Source: a virus. Taken from it: DNA of 64,000 nt. Numbering within the stretch: position 1 is the first letter of the stretch; each line of letters opens with the position of its first letter. The notes under the pieces were generated by a model. It made no database searches. It was not told the DNA's origin and saw nothing but the letters and a program-made list of their open reading frames with translations. Below are positions 50,913 to 60,405 of this stretch, piece after piece. The translations under genes and the position numbers were made by a program. The stretch spans positions 2,379 to 66,378 of the IMG/VR virus record IMGVR_UViG_3300042402_000989; one strand, given 5' to 3'.

Positions 50913-51829
50913 GTTACGAAGATATAACTAAAGCAATGCTGGGAACAAGGCGACAACGTCCTATGTACCTATCTGCATTTACTAAGTTTAGAGAAACACT
51001 AGACATGCAGACATATCCACGTGACCCGCACAAGTATCGTCATACCTTTTTAGAAGCAATTGACAATTGGATACAGTCTCACACCAGAGTAAAATATCTA
51101 GGTCTAGACAGTTTTAGTCGTCGTGACGCTATACTAGGGACAACACATCAGTTAGACGAACTGCATCAACTGCATAGTAAAAACATTACTGTTTACAAAG
51201 GTGAATACAAATATCACCGTCGGCTAACAGACTTTACTGTAAATGAAATTACACATTGGGATCAACTACAGCCGGATAATGTATTTGTTGCAAGCTATCC
51301 AAGTTGCATAACTACACGTTACCTGCCAGAGTTTGACAAGTTGCTAGATCATTGCTATAATAACAACATACCAGTTCACATTGACGGTGCTTGGTTTGGT
51401 CAGTGTCGTAACTTCGAGTTAGACGTTACACACCCTGCTATACATAGCATAAGCGTAAGCCTAAGTAAAGCATACGGCATGGGCAGTCAACGCATAGGTA
51501 TACGCTACACAAGAGAGCGTGTCAATGGGCCAGTTGCTATCATGAACGACTTTGAGTATGCAAATGTAAGTGATATGTGGATTGGTGTAGAGATGATTAA
51601 AACATACGGACCCGACTATTGGTGGGGCAATTATGAACAGTTATACTCTAAAGTATGCAGAGACTTTGAATTAGAAGAAAGTGATAGTATACATGTAGGC
51701 TGGCAGCACGACAATAACAATAAGCATCAATTCGGTGTAAGAACTCCGTTGCGTTACTTAATTGAAGGTGTGTTTGACGAGCGTGGCACAGACCGTGGAT
51801 TAAATCAAATTGAACGAGAGGAAAGATAA
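50900..51829 (+). CDS. PLP-dependent fold-type I enzyme (aminotransferase/aldolase/decarboxylase-like)
   Basis: VHIDGAWF, SVSLSKAYG..RIG (PLP-binding Lys). Confidence 0.7.
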   Translation: MEILSYEDITKAMLGTRRQRPMYLSAFTKFRETLDMQTYPRDPHKYRHTFLEAIDNWIQSHTRVKYLGLDSFSRRDAILGTTHQLDELHQLHSKNITVYKGEYKYHRRLTDFTVNEITHWDQLQPDNVFVASYPSCITTRYLPEFDKLLDHCYNNNIPVHIDGAWFGQCRNFELDVTHPAIHSISVSLSKAYGMGSQRIGIRYTRERVNGPVAIMNDFEYANVSDMWIGVEMIKTYGPDYWWGNYEQLYSKVCRDFELEESDSIHVGWQHDNNNKHQFGVRTPLRYLIEGVFDERGTDRGLNQIEREER

Positions 51830-52567
51830 ATGGTAGCTAATTTATATATTAATGATAACTGGAAACGTATTGGTGTCAGGTTAAGTGGTGGTGCGGATAG
51901 TAGTATATTATATTATGCTATCTGCAATCATTTTAAAGATCGCCCTGATGTTGAAATATATCCGTTAACAATGGACACGCATTACAAATGGTGGTACAGT
52001 AGGGGTGCAAAGATTGTTATTGATCGTGTAGCAGAGTTGACAGGTAAGCATCCAAAAGAACACGTTGTTCATTATTATCCTCATTTCACTGAATATGAAT
52101 TCAGAAACAATACACAACGGTATGTAGATGGCGTAGATGAGCTGCAGCGTCTTGCTATTTTAAAATATAACTTGGATGCAATTTATATAGGTTTAACTGT
52201 AAATCCCCCTATAGCTGATATGAAAGCATATTTTAACAAAAACGAACATGGTTTAGACGTTGAGCGAGCAATGGAATTTATAAATTCCAGGGACTGTACA
52301 AGAGACATACAAGAAGAGCGTGAAGTTATGACAGTTCATTATGATGTGGGCGATGATGAGATTACAGCTCAACAGATTATACCTTTTGCAAATGCGGATA
52401 AGAGTGCAGTAAAACAGATGTACGATCACTATAATATGATTGAGGATTTATATTCAGTGACTTACAGTTGCGAAGAAGTTCCTACTAATAAAACACAACC
52501 CTTAGTTCATTGTGGGCATTGTTTCTTTTGTTTAGAGAGATGGTGGGGTTTTGGTAGAATATTATGA
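51830..52567 (+). CDS. QueC-like PP-loop ATP pyrophosphatase
   Basis: LSGGADSS; PFANADK; TYSCE..HCGHCFFCLERWWGF. Confidence 0.78.
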   Translation: MVANLYINDNWKRIGVRLSGGADSSILYYAICNHFKDRPDVEIYPLTMDTHYKWWYSRGAKIVIDRVAELTGKHPKEHVVHYYPHFTEYEFRNNTQRYVDGVDELQRLAILKYNLDAIYIGLTVNPPIADMKAYFNKNEHGLDVERAMEFINSRDCTRDIQEEREVMTVHYDVGDDEITAQQIIPFANADKSAVKQMYDHYNMIEDLYSVTYSCEEVPTNKTQPLVHCGHCFFCLERWWGFGRIL

Positions 52568-53313
52568 ACACTAGAGAATATAACAACATAGAAGATGTTC
52601 CTGCTATTAATTTTGGAACATATAACACTGATTTAGATATCAATTTTTATAATCAACAAGCTGACAAGTTGTTAAATTCAGATAAAGTAAAACACACAGG
52701 TGCCAATAACGTTAATGTGTTTTGTAATATAGATGCAGAATCTAAACAATTTTTAATGGAGTATCTTAATAAAAAGATAGGTGTAGACTTTGATTGGAAT
52801 TTTGAATATTTTAAATCAAGTGAACCTGCTGGACTGCACACTGATTACGAAAGTTTTGAAAACAGTTGGAAACCAAAAGAGATGGGTGTTATTACTCATG
52901 ACTGCCATTTAGTAGTTGGTGTTATTATTCCATTGGAATGGAATTGTAAACAACCGCACACTGTAAACTATGATCGTGTTTCCGGCATACCACGTAAGTT
53001 AATATATCGCAAAGGCGAAATGCGTTATAAAGACAACAACGAAGTATTTGCATATAGAGATGCATGGAATTATGACCCTGAAGTATTAAAATACAATCCT
53101 GAAGGAACGGAATATTATAGAGAGTATGCAGATTTAAAAGTGCATAGTGTTTATGAATGGGCGTTAGGAACAATGATGGTGTTTGATACAGCTCGTTGGC
53201 ACAGTAGCAGTTGGTTTCTAGCTACCGATCATGTAGTTACGCCACCAGTCGAATATAAGAAATCAATCGTTGGGTTTGGTTCAATTGATGTAATAAGAGC
53301 AGAGTTTCAATGA
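52564..53313 (+). CDS. 2OG-Fe(II) oxygenase-like (DSBH) protein
   Basis: GLHTD (HxD), IIPL, FDTARWHSS distal His. Confidence 0.6.
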   Translation: MNTREYNNIEDVPAINFGTYNTDLDINFYNQQADKLLNSDKVKHTGANNVNVFCNIDAESKQFLMEYLNKKIGVDFDWNFEYFKSSEPAGLHTDYESFENSWKPKEMGVITHDCHLVVGVIIPLEWNCKQPHTVNYDRVSGIPRKLIYRKGEMRYKDNNEVFAYRDAWNYDPEVLKYNPEGTEYYREYADLKVHSVYEWALGTMMVFDTARWHSSSWFLATDHVVTPPVEYKKSIVGFGSIDVIRAEFQ

Positions 53314-54461
53314 ACAATACTTTTTGTGTATTACCATGGACACACCTTTGTGTTAGACCTGACAATGTGTTAAAGCCATGCTGCAGATTTTTATCTGATA
53401 ATCCTAGCAATGAGTTTAAAACTACGCTAGACGATATTCATCAGCAGTCAGAAGATGCAATGAACACTGACTATTTTAAAAGCATTAGAACACGTATGCT
53501 AAATGGTGAGCGTATATCAGGCTGTCAAAAATGTTATACACAAGAAGAAAACAAGTCTAGAACTAAATTAAGTGCTAGAGAATTGCATAACAAAGAAATA
53601 CCTGTTGATGTTAATGTATTAACTGATCAATTTTTTAAAACAAAATATATCGAAATGTCTGTAGATAATATATGTAATTTGCAATGTAGAATCTGCGACA
53701 GTAAGTTTAGTAGTAAATTACAGCGGCGTGATAAGTTTTTAGGTCATACTGTTTTCAAAAAACTAGAGCCAAACTTTTATAAACTAACTAATTTAGATTT
53801 ATCGGAATTAATTAAAGTTAAGGTGTTAGGCGGTGAACCATTTATTACTCCTAACTTTGAAAAATTTATAGACTTTTTATTTGAACATTCAGATCCTACT
53901 AAAATCGATCTTGATATATCTACTAACGGAACAAGTGTCCCAAGTAAACGTATAATTAACAAACTTAATAAATTTAATCATATGTCTATTAATGTAAGTT
54001 TGGATGCAGTAGATCCTGCAAACGATTATCAACGGTCAGGCGGGTCTTATACACAAACACTTTCAAATGCAGAAACATATGCTAAACTGTTTAACAAGTG
54101 TATAATATCTCATCATATTACAGTGTCTACAATTACTGCTAATAAGCTAGCTGTAACAATATCACATTTACAAGAACATAATAAATTATTCTCTATAGAC
54201 TTTGTTAGAGATCCAGAACACTATTCATTATTATACACGCCTGATGTATTTAAAGATTGGATATTAGAAGTTAACAAAGACAATAATATAGCTTATACGC
54301 TATTCAAAAATTTTATATATCAAAAGAGTTATAAGCCAGAAGTATGGCAAACATTTATCGATACCACTGAAAAGTTAGATAAGTATTATGATATTAAGCT
54401 AGAAGAATACAACAGTGAATTGTATCAATATATTCAACACATCAATGAAAGCAAAGAATGA
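53310..54461 (+). CDS. Radical SAM protein with N-terminal Twitch/SPASM-like domain
   Basis: CNLQCRIC, LGGEP; N-terminal FCVLPW..PCC..CQKC. Confidence 0.9.
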   Translation: MNNTFCVLPWTHLCVRPDNVLKPCCRFLSDNPSNEFKTTLDDIHQQSEDAMNTDYFKSIRTRMLNGERISGCQKCYTQEENKSRTKLSARELHNKEIPVDVNVLTDQFFKTKYIEMSVDNICNLQCRICDSKFSSKLQRRDKFLGHTVFKKLEPNFYKLTNLDLSELIKVKVLGGEPFITPNFEKFIDFLFEHSDPTKIDLDISTNGTSVPSKRIINKLNKFNHMSINVSLDAVDPANDYQRSGGSYTQTLSNAETYAKLFNKCIISHHITVSTITANKLAVTISHLQEHNKLFSIDFVRDPEHYSLLYTPDVFKDWILEVNKDNNIAYTLFKNFIYQKSYKPEVWQTFIDTTEKLDKYYDIKLEEYNSELYQYIQHINESKE

Positions 54462-55144
54462 AACACGTTTGTTTTGAAAATGTTATTCCTGTAGAAGTTT
54501 GTGAATACATTAGAAACTTCTTTGAGACTAGAACAGATTTACATGTTATCAAACCTAATAATCCAAATGTTATTAAAATAAATCACCCATGGCGTCATTT
54601 AAAAGAAATATTAGATCCGGTATTCTCAAAATACTTTACTACTAATAATGGCAACGGTGGGAACATTTATAAACATACAAACGTATACACTACGCATGTA
54701 GACAGTTTTGAAACACATCAGATGATTAATGCAATGATACCTATATATGCACCGCCAAGCGATGAGCAGCAACATTTTGTTGTATTTGACCAATGGGTAG
54801 ACAACGGGTTTGGTCAAACATGGTATGGAGACAGGAACGATATTGCTGACCATGGAGACTTTGATTATAATAAAAAGCTAGCACAGACTCCGTATAATGA
54901 TCCACGTGTGTATGATAAAGTTGAAGATGATATAAGCAATGACTTTTATCGCAATTACTTAGATGCAAACTGTCACAAGACAGAATATTTTAAAGGGTTA
55001 ACAGGTGCAGCATATCCGTTTGTACCAGGACATTTGATATTGTTTAACTCTAATCAATTGCATACTACAGGTAAGTTAACAAGTGACTGGAAGATGGGAC
55101 TGCATATTAACTTTGATGGAAGTTTGGAAGAATTACTAGTATGA
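54458..55144 (+). CDS. 2OG-Fe(II) oxygenase-like (DSBH) protein
   Basis: THVDS (HxD), MIPI, FNSNQLHTT distal His, K.GL. Confidence 0.6.
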   Translation: MKHVCFENVIPVEVCEYIRNFFETRTDLHVIKPNNPNVIKINHPWRHLKEILDPVFSKYFTTNNGNGGNIYKHTNVYTTHVDSFETHQMINAMIPIYAPPSDEQQHFVVFDQWVDNGFGQTWYGDRNDIADHGDFDYNKKLAQTPYNDPRVYDKVEDDISNDFYRNYLDANCHKTEYFKGLTGAAYPFVPGHLILFNSNQLHTTGKLTSDWKMGLHINFDGSLEELLV

Positions 55145-56577
55145 CAGATATTGTGATATGTATATTACCTAAAATAGATCCTGACGCACCAACAGTTGGT
55201 CCTGCTATATTAAAGTCGCATTTAGAAAGCGAAGGCTTTAGCACCACTGTACTAGACTTTAATATTGAACTTTACAGATATTTAGAACGTTTTAACAAGC
55301 ACGATTATTATTATTTCGAAGATGATTTTTTGTTTAGTTCTGACAACGAACGTGTTAATGATGAATTTCATGACTTTTTTGCAAAGTATAGCAGAATATT
55401 TTATAAATGGATTGCAGTATTAAGACGTATTAATCCGAAGTATGTCGGGTTGAGCTTATTATCGAATTACAGTCAATCGGTTGCAATAAAATTAAGTGAG
55501 TTAATAAGACATTATTTGCCTAATGCTATTATAGTATGGGGCGGTGCTCAAGTAATACCCGAGACTAAAGTTATTAAAGAACATAATTTATGCGATTATT
55601 ACATATTAGGTGACGGCGAATTCACTATTGTTGAATTGCTAAAACAAAATTATACTGCACCCGGTATTAACAGTGAAACATTTGCACAAGTTGATAATTT
55701 TGATAAAGTAATGATGCCTAATTATGATGATATTAAATGGGATTTGTATCAGGATATAAATGATCACAAGCCTGTTTATATCACTGGTAGTCGTGGATGT
55801 GTTAAACGCTGCACATTTTGTTCTGTCCCTTATCTGTGGCCTGAGTATAAGTTCCGCAGTGGTAAACACATTGCAGATGAAATTATACACATAAAACAAA
55901 AGTATGACAGAAAAACTTTTAAATTCACCGACAGTTTAGTTAACGGCAGTATGAAAGCATTTAGAGATTTACTAGATACATTAACTGAATATAGAAAAAC
56001 AGATGATGATTGGATTTGGATGAGTCAATGGATTATACGATCTCCTAAACAAAGTCCAGAAGAAGATTATAAAAAGATGAAGTCCAGTGGTTGTTTAGAT
56101 TTAGATATCGGTGTAGAATCTTTTTCTCAATCAGTGCGATGGCATATAGGTAAAAAATTCACCGATGAGGAAATGTGGTTTTGTTTTGATATGTTGAAAA
56201 AATATAATATTACTAGCAATTTGTTGCTTATAGTAGGATATCCGACGGAAACACAAGATGATCATTTACACGGAATGGAAGTAATTAAAAAGTTGTTTAA
56301 AGATAATTATGCTGTTGATCCTATTACAGGTAAAAAGTTAATGACTTTTGGGTTCACACCTATGTTGTTAGCAGGAAGAATTTATGATATGATCGAACCA
56401 GACATGGAATATTATAATAATCAACGTGATTGGAAATATAAAGACAACGATACTGAAACAAGAATCCGCAATCATCATGAATTGATAACCCTGACAGAAA
56501 CGTTGCACGGCGATAAAACTAGTTGGCTCAACGCAAAAGATTTAAATCTATATATGGATAATTTATCGAAATGTTAA
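55141..56577 (+). CDS. Cobalamin-binding radical SAM protein (class B methyltransferase-like)
   Basis: N-terminal B12-binding domain (P..GPAILKSHL, VGLS, WGGA, GDGE); GSRGCVKRCTFC; GVESFS; VGYPTET. Confidence 0.88.
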   Translation: MTDIVICILPKIDPDAPTVGPAILKSHLESEGFSTTVLDFNIELYRYLERFNKHDYYYFEDDFLFSSDNERVNDEFHDFFAKYSRIFYKWIAVLRRINPKYVGLSLLSNYSQSVAIKLSELIRHYLPNAIIVWGGAQVIPETKVIKEHNLCDYYILGDGEFTIVELLKQNYTAPGINSETFAQVDNFDKVMMPNYDDIKWDLYQDINDHKPVYITGSRGCVKRCTFCSVPYLWPEYKFRSGKHIADEIIHIKQKYDRKTFKFTDSLVNGSMKAFRDLLDTLTEYRKTDDDWIWMSQWIIRSPKQSPEEDYKKMKSSGCLDLDIGVESFSQSVRWHIGKKFTDEEMWFCFDMLKKYNITSNLLLIVGYPTETQDDHLHGMEVIKKLFKDNYAVDPITGKKLMTFGFTPMLLAGRIYDMIEPDMEYYNNQRDWKYKDNDTETRIRNHHELITLTETLHGDKTSWLNAKDLNLYMDNLSKC

Positions 56578-57278
56578 AATGCAAATACAAGGCTTGAATT
56601 GACAAACTTACTTGTATCTATGGGAATATTATAATCAATCCAATCACACAATAGCTTAAACATCACGTTGTGATTTTTTTCGGATAAATGGTTTACTCTA
56701 GGATCTAAACAGTAATCATAATTGTTATTGTCGAGATCTACTAAATTATAATCAACAACTGTAGTGTTATTAACATTCTGTATAGTGATAGGTAGTAAGT
56801 CAAAGCATGGCCATATTAACGTTTTTTTAAATGATTGCGATAACAGTTGTATAGAGCTAACAATTTTAAGCAGTTCTGTTTGTTTAAACGAATCAGTCGA
56901 TATAAACTGCATCCACAAATCATTTATAAACGGCAACCATTGTTTATATCGACTTTTCTTTTGATTAAACAAATCATTTTCTATATCGTTATTATTAGTT
57001 AAAAAGTTGTATATTAGTGTTTGATCTTTGGGTTCAAAAAAATCTAAATCTAGTCTAAATATTTCACTAACAAAGAATATTAGTGTAACATCGCTACAAT
57101 TGCTATTTTGCATTTCATTTATTAAATGATGTAAACTCCATGTCGGACCTGTTCCTGACTTTCCAAAGTTTTTTATTGCATATTTTTTTTCTAATTCTCG
57201 TGGCCAGTTATAATTACCGTCAGACCCTGTATAATTCCTGTCAACATAAGAATCGCCGAATATCCATACTTCTTTCAT
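56574..57278 (-). CDS. SGNH/GDSL hydrolase-like protein
   Basis: IFGDSY block I, NFGKSGTG block II, C-terminal NHLS. Confidence 0.7.
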   Translation of the reverse strand: MKEVWIFGDSYVDRNYTGSDGNYNWPRELEKKYAIKNFGKSGTGPTWSLHHLINEMQNSNCSDVTLIFFVSEIFRLDLDFFEPKDQTLIYNFLTNNNDIENDLFNQKKSRYKQWLPFINDLWMQFISTDSFKQTELLKIVSSIQLLSQSFKKTLIWPCFDLLPITIQNVNNTTVVDYNLVDLDNNNYDYCLDPRVNHLSEKNHNVMFKLLCDWIDYNIPIDTSKFVNSSLVFAF

Positions 57279-57282
57279 GAAA

Positions 57283-57300
57283 ATATTTATCGATAAATAT
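57283..57300. promoter_or_regulatory. Perfect 18-bp palindrome ATATTTATCGATAAATAT, equal to back-to-back GATAAATA late-promoter-like sites
   Basis: Lies between divergent ATGs at 57278 (-) and 57326 (+). Confidence 0.6.
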
Positions 57301-57325
57301 AAAATAACAGTTAAAGCATATTATA

Positions 57326-58579
57326 ATGAATGACAAAGTACTAAAATGCAAATATGCATGGAGCCATTTAGATTTCCTCCAGGGTCAATATGGTCCATGC
57401 TTTCGCTATAAAGTAAACAAACAACCTATAGCTAAGGTATCGGAGAAACTTCCAAGCGAAGTTATTAATAGCGAAGAAATGCAATCTGTCAGACGTAGTT
57501 TACAGCAAGGAGTGTTTCCCCCCGGTTGTTTTGATTGTGCTTTAAAAGAAGGTAGAGGTCTGAAATCATACAGACAACAAGTAATGGAACATCATTGGGA
57601 AGATGAAGATAAAATAAATTATAATTCTGCAGTTGTCGATAGGATATTAGATTTAGAACTAAAGTTTAGTAGAACATGTAATTTTTTATGCAGACATTGT
57701 TACTCTGAATCAAATAGCATGTTTGAAGTAATAGGTAAAAAACATCCAGACATTCATAACAAACTATTAACACAAGGATTTGACCAATTTGGTATAGCAG
57801 ATTCACCCATAACAGAAGTCTCAGAAGAAGTAATAGATGATCTTGTTAATAATGTAATACCCGATTGTAAGAACATCAGATTTAGTGGCGGTGAGCCGCT
57901 ATATCATTTGCAGCACTATCAGTTTTTAGAAAAGTTAATTGATTCTCCTAATATTGATACTAAATCACTCAGTTTATTTTATAATACAAATTTAAGCATG
58001 ATACAGTTTAAAGATTATAATCTTAATAAATTATGGAAGAATTTTAAATCAATATACGTTGTTGTTAGTTTAGACGGCACTGGTAGTTTGTTTAACTATT
58101 TCAGAGAACGTGGCGATTATGACACTGTAATTAACAACATAGAAACCTTAGCACAAACATCTACTAATATAGAAAGTTTTTTGTTTGTATGTACATCTAC
58201 TGCATACCAGGCGTTTTATGCAGATGTGATATTTAGAGATTTAACAGCACTAGCCGAACGAATACAACGTGAGTATAACATACATTGTACAACAAAGCCT
58301 ACCTTTGTTCATTCAGCTAACATCGATATGGTAGATCTGGAAGTCGAAACGAAACAGTTTATAATCGGCAATTTAGAGAAAACGTTACCGTCGGGAAATA
58401 ATATGTATGATTATGCGATAAAAGAAATAATCACACATCTCGAAGGCGATAAAAGAAACTTCAATGGCGATTTCAAAGAAATAGTAAAATTACAAGATCA
58501 ACTATATGAAAAGGATGCGTTTGCGATGGCACCCAGAGTAGCTGAGTATGTATATAATAATACGTTAACATGGATTTAG
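57326..58579 (+). CDS. Radical SAM protein with N-terminal Twitch/SPASM-like domain
   Basis: CNFLCRHC, FSGGEP; N-terminal CKYAW..PCF..CFDC. Confidence 0.88.
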   Translation: MNDKVLKCKYAWSHLDFLQGQYGPCFRYKVNKQPIAKVSEKLPSEVINSEEMQSVRRSLQQGVFPPGCFDCALKEGRGLKSYRQQVMEHHWEDEDKINYNSAVVDRILDLELKFSRTCNFLCRHCYSESNSMFEVIGKKHPDIHNKLLTQGFDQFGIADSPITEVSEEVIDDLVNNVIPDCKNIRFSGGEPLYHLQHYQFLEKLIDSPNIDTKSLSLFYNTNLSMIQFKDYNLNKLWKNFKSIYVVVSLDGTGSLFNYFRERGDYDTVINNIETLAQTSTNIESFLFVCTSTAYQAFYADVIFRDLTALAERIQREYNIHCTTKPTFVHSANIDMVDLEVETKQFIIGNLEKTLPSGNNMYDYAIKEIITHLEGDKRNFNGDFKEIVKLQDQLYEKDAFAMAPRVAEYVYNNTLTWI

Positions 58580-58580
58580 A

Positions 58581-59732
58581 ATGAATAATACACTGTGTAG
58601 TTCGGCTTGGACCGATATTAATTTAGACTTTGCTAGTAGGTCAATACGTCATTGCTGTAAAAGTCTAGAGGTACCGTTCCCTGAAACGTTAACTGTTGAT
58701 TTTTTTAATAATAGTAAAAGAATAAATCAAACCAGAACAGATTTATTAAATGGTATAGAATCACCTGATTGTGTACGTTGTTGGGATGATTACAAGTTAA
58801 CCGGCAATGCATACAGAGACTTCAAGAATGAATGGAACTCGAATTCGCAAGTTAATAATAAGATTGAATTTATAGAGATATTCTTAGATAACCTATGTGA
58901 CATGTCGTGCATTTATTGTGATGAAATTGCTAGCAGTAAAATAGCATCCGAGAAAAAAGTTAATAATCCAAAAAATGCTAATTTTGACGAAGACTTAAAA
59001 GTATTTGTTGAATTTTTAGAAACAGTTGCTAAACAGCAAGATGACATTAATTTAAGTTTTTTAGGTGGCGAAGTCACATACAGTAAAAAGTTTTTTTATT
59101 TTGTAGAACAATTACTAGAAAATGACATACTGTTAAAAAGTAACGTAAACTTTAGCATATTAACTAATTGTAATAGTAGTGACGCTGCTATGCTAAAAAC
59201 AATCACACTGTTTAATAAAATGCCAGAACATTGGCATGTTCATGTGAGTATAAGCAACGAGTCAACAGGTGATGTAGCAGAATTAGTCAGATACGGATTG
59301 TCTTGGGATAGATTTTTAAGAAATTTTAAAATGTATTACCAACACAGAAAAGTAAGGTCGTTATTAATTGCACCAACACTATCTATATTCACTGTTAAAA
59401 CATTCCCTGATTTTATTAAAACTATAACAGATATAATAATAGAATTAGGGAATACTAAGCCATTTAAAGTGACTGGTAATTGGATATTGGAACCAGAAAT
59501 TTTAAATCCAGTGTATGCTAAGGCAGAGTATAAAGCTAGTGTCAATGACTTGAAAAATTTTGTAATTGGTAGTGATGTTATTAGTAATGCAAATTTTATA
59601 ACATTTTTAGAAAAGTTAGAACACAGAATAGGTTCGATAGAATTAGATTACAACAGGTTGGATGAGTTTTTAGAAGATTTAGTGGAACAAAAATCCGACA
59701 ATAACATATGGAAATTAAAAGATTTACTATAG
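58581..59732 (+). CDS. Radical SAM protein with N-terminal Twitch/SPASM-like domain
   Basis: CDMSCIYC, LGGEV; N-terminal CSSAW..HCCK..CVRC; paralog of 23157..24431. Confidence 0.88.
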   Translation: MNNTLCSSAWTDINLDFASRSIRHCCKSLEVPFPETLTVDFFNNSKRINQTRTDLLNGIESPDCVRCWDDYKLTGNAYRDFKNEWNSNSQVNNKIEFIEIFLDNLCDMSCIYCDEIASSKIASEKKVNNPKNANFDEDLKVFVEFLETVAKQQDDINLSFLGGEVTYSKKFFYFVEQLLENDILLKSNVNFSILTNCNSSDAAMLKTITLFNKMPEHWHVHVSISNESTGDVAELVRYGLSWDRFLRNFKMYYQHRKVRSLLIAPTLSIFTVKTFPDFIKTITDIIIELGNTKPFKVTGNWILEPEILNPVYAKAEYKASVNDLKNFVIGSDVISNANFITFLEKLEHRIGSIELDYNRLDEFLEDLVEQKSDNNIWKLKDLL

Positions 59733-59767
59733 CGGAAATAAATAGTATTATAACAAGGAGTCCTCCA

Positions 59768-60400
59768 GTGATTTTAGAACATATAGACATCAAGAAAGCA
59801 GTTATCAGAAGTCAGCACTGCCAAAGAAATTTCGACTTAACAAACGAAATTCCAGAGCAAGATGTAGAAACATTAGTGTATGCTGCAACAAACTGCCCAA
59901 GTAAGCAAAACATTGCATTTTATAATTTGCATGTCATTAAAGATAGATCAATAATTGAGCGTGTGCATGATTTGGCACCAGGTACACATGCATACAATGA
60001 AGCAGGCGAAATGATTGCAACCACTAATAGTCAAGTATTAGCAAACGTTATATTTGTATACGAACAACTAGAACTGTCAGATCTTACTGAACGTGGATTT
60101 ACTAAGTGGCAAAATGCAGACGAGTCTGATATCGAAACATTTAAGCGTGATCGTGCAACTGCGATTGGCATTGCTAGTGGTTATGTTAACTTAACTGCAA
60201 GTATGTTAGGTTACAGCACAGGTTGCTGCCAGTGTTTCTTAGCACATGATATTAAAGAATATCTGGGCTTAAAGAACAATCCAGCAATGATTCAAGGTGT
60301 TGGTTTTAAGGATGCATCACGCAATCGTAGACTGCACGAAAAGAACGGATTAATTTTCCCTACACGTAAAAAAGAAGCAATTGTAACAACTTATAGATAA
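59768..60400 (+). CDS. Nitroreductase-family flavoprotein
   Basis: RSQHCQRNFD, AATNCPSKQN, AIGIASG..L.A..LGYSTG; GTG start after AAGGAG (59755-59760) and AATAAATA (59737-59744). Confidence 0.75.
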   Translation: MILEHIDIKKAVIRSQHCQRNFDLTNEIPEQDVETLVYAATNCPSKQNIAFYNLHVIKDRSIIERVHDLAPGTHAYNEAGEMIATTNSQVLANVIFVYEQLELSDLTERGFTKWQNADESDIETFKRDRATAIGIASGYVNLTASMLGYSTGCCQCFLAHDIKEYLGLKNNPAMIQGVGFKDASRNRRLHEKNGLIFPTRKKEAIVTTYR

Positions 60401-60405
60401 TTTTT

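Noticed and set aside
42302-52567. Canonical queuosine/preQ0 operon, with the short radical SAM genes as QueE
   Set aside because: These radical SAM proteins carry C-terminal Cys-rich SPASM-like tails unlike QueE, and no QueD, FolE, QueF or TGT is visible, so gene symbols were withheld.
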